In this document: positions 25,401 to 28,806 of the stretch, piece after piece
How positions within the stretch are numbered: position 1 is the first letter of the stretch
Layout of the letters: each line of letters begins with the position of its first letter
Virus record (IMG/VR): IMGVR_UViG_2529292922_000011
Reading direction: 5' to 3' (one strand)
DNA from: a virus
Lineage: Duplodnaviria > Heunggongvirae > Uroviricota > Caudoviricetes
DNA length: 28,806 nucleotides
Position numbers and translations under genes: made by a program
The notes under the pieces: model-generated
The model's database searches: none
The model's input: the letters and a program-made list of their open reading frames with translations, nothing else
What the model was told of the DNA's origin: nothing

Positions 25401-26704
25401 ATGACAGTAAAAATTTCTGGCGTGCTTAAAGATGGCACAGGAAAACCAGTACAGAACTGCACCATTGTGCTGAAGGCCAGACGAACCAGCAGCACGGTGG
25501 TGGTGAACACGGTGGCCTCTGAAAATCCGGATGAAGCCGGACGTTACAGCATGGATGTTGAGCATGGTCAGTACAGCGTCACCCTGCTGGTTGAAGGTTT
25601 TCCGCCTTCACATGCCGGGACCATTACCGTCTATGAAGGTTCCAGACCAGGTACGCTGAATGATTTTCTCGGTGCCATGACGGAGGATGATGTCCGACCG
25701 GAGGCACTGCGTCGTTTTGAACTGATGGTGGAAGAAGCGGCGCGTCACGCTGAGGAGGCGAAGAAGAATGCCGGAGAGGCGGAGACGTCCGCGAGGAATG
25801 CCGGCATATCAGCCAGTCAGGCAGAAGAGAGCGCTGCAAATGCTGACACTTCAGCAGGGGATGCATCGGAGTCAGCCCGGCAGGCGGCAGAAAGTGCAGC
25901 CGCTGCAAAGCAGTCAGAGGAGGCGTCCTCGTCCTCGGCCTCTGCGGCTGCTCAAAAAGCCAGTGAGTCATCACAAAGTGCAGCAGATGCTGAGTTGTCA
26001 AAAAAGACGGCAGAAAGTGCAGCCGGTAATGCAGCCAGGGATGCAACGACCGCAACAGAAAAAGCCCGGGAGTCAGCAGAAAGCGCACAGTCAGCGGAAC
26101 AAAGCAGGATAGCGGCGGAAGAAGCCGTAAACCGAATCCCGACCGTGGTGGGGCCTCCCGGGCCAAAGGGGGAACCGGGGCCCGCGGGTCCTCAGGGGCC
26201 GAAGGGAGATAAAGGAGAGCGTGGCGACACCGGCCCGGCAGGGGCAACCGGCGAACGGGGACCGGCAGGTGATGCTGGTCCGGCAGGCCCGCAGGGGCCG
26301 AAAGGTGACAGGGGAGAGCGGGGAGAGACCGGTCTGACGGGAAATGCAGGTCCACAGGGTCCAAAGGGAGATACCGGTGCGGCAGGCCCGGCAGGCCCAC
26401 AGGAGAAACAGGTGCGGCTGGCCCGGTGGGGGCAACCGGACCTCAGGGACCGAAGGGCGACCCGGGGGAGACACAAATCCGTTTTCGTCTGGGGCCGGCG
26501 AGCATTATTGAGACAAACAGCAATGGCTGGTTCCCGGATACAGATGGCGCACTCATCACCGGACTGACCTTTCTTGACCCCAAAGATGCCACACAGGTTC
26601 AGGGGCTGTTTCGGCATTTGCAGGTCAGGTTTGGTGACGGGCCGTGGCAGGATGTTAAGGGGCTGGATGAAGTGGGCAGTGATACAGGCAGAACAGGAGA
26701 ATGA
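25401..26704 (+). pseudogene. Side tail fibre protein (lambda Stf-like N-terminus, collagen-like repeats), interrupted by a 1-nt deletion
   Basis: N-terminus [28 protein letters not shown]...[15 protein letters not shown] matches lambda Stf (recalled); Ser/Ala-rich region; Gly-X-Y collagen repeats from ~26150. The Gly-X-Y periodicity breaks at 26400-26403 and resumes in the -1 frame, which continues to the stop at 26704. Confidence 0.75.
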
Positions 26705-26705
26705 C

Positions 26706-26975
26706 ATGAATATACTAAAAAAACTTATGCAGCGTCTGTGCGGGTACGGAAAGCATGATGACCGTGAACACGGGGAGTTACTTACAGCACAACTGCGTCT
26801 GGGACCGGCAGACATTCTGGAGTCAGATGAGAATGGCATTATTCCGGAGCAGGACAGGGTAATCACGCAGGTGGTGATACTGGATGCAGATAAAAAGCAG
26901 ATACAATGCGTGGTAAGACCGTTGCAAATTCTGCGTGCTGACGGGACGTGGGAAAATATTGGCGGGATGAAGTAA
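26706..26975 (+). CDS. Hypothetical protein resembling the fibre C-terminal domain (alternative fibre-tip cassette or tfa-position gene)
   Basis: 89 aa from ATG 26706 (track ORF starts earlier at 26574); LRLGPADILESDENGIIPEQDRVITQVVILDADKKQIQCVVRPLQILRADGTWENIGG aligns with the fibre C-terminus [62 protein letters not shown]. Confidence 0.4.
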   Translation: MNILKKLMQRLCGYGKHDDREHGELLTAQLRLGPADILESDENGIIPEQDRVITQVVILDADKKQIQCVVRPLQILRADGTWENIGGMK

Positions 26976-26993
26976 CCCGACAGCTTCACAAAA

Positions 26994-27015
26994 CCGGAGT
27001 CCGGCTCCGGTTTTT
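26994..27015 (+). terminator. Rho-independent terminator ending the tail fibre region
   Basis: ccggag / cuccgg stem with 5-nt loop followed by T5. Confidence 0.55.
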
Positions 27016-27130
27016 GTTGTCATGTATAGGGGATATTTGTTATTAGAGTGTGAAGTAATAAACATGTTAATACGATGGTAACCGGCTCATTTAAACCGTC
27101 TGGTCTGTTTCCTCCGGCTCTACAAAAATA

Positions 27131-27808
27131 ATGTCCATCATTTTTAATGGACACTATCGTATGAAACACCGGACCTGGATCACTGAAGCTTTACGTCTTC
27201 ACTTTGAAGAACATTTACCCCGGGTTGTGGCCGGGCGTCGCCTGGGTGTACCAAAATCAACAGTTTGTAGTATGTTCGTGCGCTTTCGGAGAGCTGGCCT
27301 TTCGTGGCCTTTGCCCGCAGGCATGTCGGAGCAGGAACTTGATGCCTGCCTTTACGGACAATTTTCCACGGTACCAGTCGTACGTCCTGAAAGCACCGTT
27401 ATATCCGAAGCCCCCGTGGTAAAAAAACGTCCTCGGCGGCCCAACTTCCCTTATGAGTTTAAAATCGCCTTAGTGGAGCAGTCACTGCAGCCCGGAGCCT
27501 GTGTGGCGCAGATCGCCCGGGAAAACGGAATCAACGATAACCTGCTCTTCAACTGGCGCCATCAATACCGGAAAGGTGGCCTGCTGCCTTCCGGAAAAAA
27601 TATGCCGGCACTGCTTCCCGTGACGTTAACGCCGGAGCCGGATAATAAAATCCCGGCCCCCGCACAGGAACCAGAGCAGATAAATACACCGTCCGACAGT
27701 CTGTGTTGTGAGCTGGTTCTGCCGGCCGGAACTCTCAGGCTTAAAGGTAAACTGACGCCGGCGTTATTACAGACACTTATCCGCGAAATAAAAGGGAGCA
27801 GCCACTGA
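27131..27808 (+). CDS. IS66-family TnpA-like protein (orf1) with N-terminal extension
   Basis: C-terminal half (KKRPRRPNFPYEFKIALVEQSLQPGACVAQIARENGINDNLLFNWRHQYRKG ... LPAGTLRLKG) fits IS66 orf1; real start may be an internal Met; stop overlaps the tnpB start. Confidence 0.55.
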   Translation: MSIIFNGHYRMKHRTWITEALRLHFEEHLPRVVAGRRLGVPKSTVCSMFVRFRRAGLSWPLPAGMSEQELDACLYGQFSTVPVVRPESTVISEAPVVKKRPRRPNFPYEFKIALVEQSLQPGACVAQIARENGINDNLLFNWRHQYRKGGLLPSGKNMPALLPVTLTPEPDNKIPAPAQEPEQINTPSDSLCCELVLPAGTLRLKGKLTPALLQTLIREIKGSSH

Positions 27809-28155
27809 TGATATCTCTCCCTGCAGGTTCGCGTATCTGGCTGGTTGCAGGTATCACCGATATGCGAAATGGCTTTAACGGCCTGGCATCAAAAGTTCAG
27901 AACGTCCTGAAGGATGACCCGTTCTCCGGACACCTGTTCATCTTCCGCGGACGCCGGGGTGACCAGATAAAAGTGTTGTGGGCTGACAGTGACGGACTGT
28001 GCCTCTTCACCAAACGCCTGGAGCGGGGCCGCTTCGTCTGGCCAGTCACCCGTGACGGCAAGGTGCACCTTACTCCGGCTCAGTTATCCATGCTTCTTGA
28101 AGGTATCAACTGGAAGCACCCGAAACGAACGGAACGCGCTGGAATCCGCATATAA
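27808..28155 (+). CDS. IS66-family accessory protein TnpB (orf2)
   Basis: MISLPAGSRIWLVAGITDMRNGFNGLASKVQNVLKDDPFSGHLFIFRGRRGDQIKVLWADSDGLCLFTKRLERGRFVWP is the canonical IS66 orf2 sequence pattern. Confidence 0.85.
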   Translation: MISLPAGSRIWLVAGITDMRNGFNGLASKVQNVLKDDPFSGHLFIFRGRRGDQIKVLWADSDGLCLFTKRLERGRFVWPVTRDGKVHLTPAQLSMLLEGINWKHPKRTERAGIRI

Positions 28156-28174
28156 CCCGTTGTAAAGTGAGGAT

Positions 28175-28600
28175 ATGGACACCTCACTTGCTCGTGAGAA
28201 CGCCCGCCTGCGGGCACTGTTGCAGACGCAACAGGACACCATCCGCCAGATGGCTGAATACAACCGCCTGCTCTCACAGCGGGTGGCGGCTTATGCTTCC
28301 GAAATCAACCGGCTGAAGGCGCTGGTTGCGAAACTGCAACGTATGCAGTTCGGTAAAAGCTCAGAAAAACTTCGTGCAAAAACCGAACGGCAGATACAGG
28401 AAGCACAGGAGCGAATCAGCGCACTTCAGGAAGAAATGGCGGAAACGCTGGGTGAGCAATATGACCCGGTACTGCCATCCGCCCTGCGCCAGTCTTCAGC
28501 CCGTAAACCGTTACCGGCCTCACTTCCCCGTGAAACCCGGGTTATCCGGCCGGAAGAGGAATGCTGTCCTGCCTGTGGTGGTGAACTCAGTTCTCTGGGA
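28175..28600 (+). pseudogene. IS66-family transposase TnpC, N-terminal fragment only
   Basis: Leucine-zipper N-terminus and MQFGKSSEKL motif, then zinc-finger CPACGGEL; family similarity ends right after LSSLG where foreign sequence begins; most of the catalytic domain is missing. Confidence 0.75.

Positions 28601-28806
<206 letters not shown>

Larger units (their letters stand above)
27078..28600 (+). mobile_element. IS66-family insertion sequence, partial (left boundary uncertain; right part cut by another IS)
   Basis: Contains the three-gene tnpA-tnpB-tnpC arrangement; homology to IS66 TnpC stops abruptly at about 28600. I could not identify the left inverted repeat, so 27078 is a guess within 27016-27130. 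Confidence 0.5.

Noticed and set aside
25624-26989. Long minus-strand ORFs (258 and 265 aa) across the fibre gene
   Set aside because: Pro/Arg-rich antisense readings of the Gly-X-Y collagen repeat; open only because of repeat composition.

Overview
This window is the late region of a lambdoid prophage from an enterobacterial host: a phage 21-type lysis cassette, an HK97-type packaging and head module, and a lambda-type tail module, followed by accessory genes and insertion sequences. All calls rest on reading the six-frame translations against protein families I know from memory; no database search was run. Gene order on the + strand is: lysis cassette (pinholin, unknown 116-aa gene, SAR endolysin, three small membrane-peptide ORFs, Rz/Rz1), HNH endonuclease, a candidate cos region, small and large terminase, a prohead protease-major capsid fusion, portal, a repeat-containing protein, head-tail connector and adaptor, tail completion genes, major tail protein, G/GT chaperone with a -1 frameshift site, tape measure, M, L, K, I, J, lom, and a collagen-like side tail fiber. 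The element carries several lesions: an IS50-like insertion with a direct repeat in the head-tail adaptor gene, two single-base frameshifts in gene K, one in the fiber gene, and an in-frame stop in the IS transposase. The right end is a partial IS66-family element cut by an IS21-family element. I found no CRISPR array, tRNA or rRNA. The most likely places for undescribed biology are the unusual lysis cassette, the repeat protein in the head module, and the duplicated fiber C-terminal cassette. The three coding frameshifts could be sequencing errors rather than real decay.
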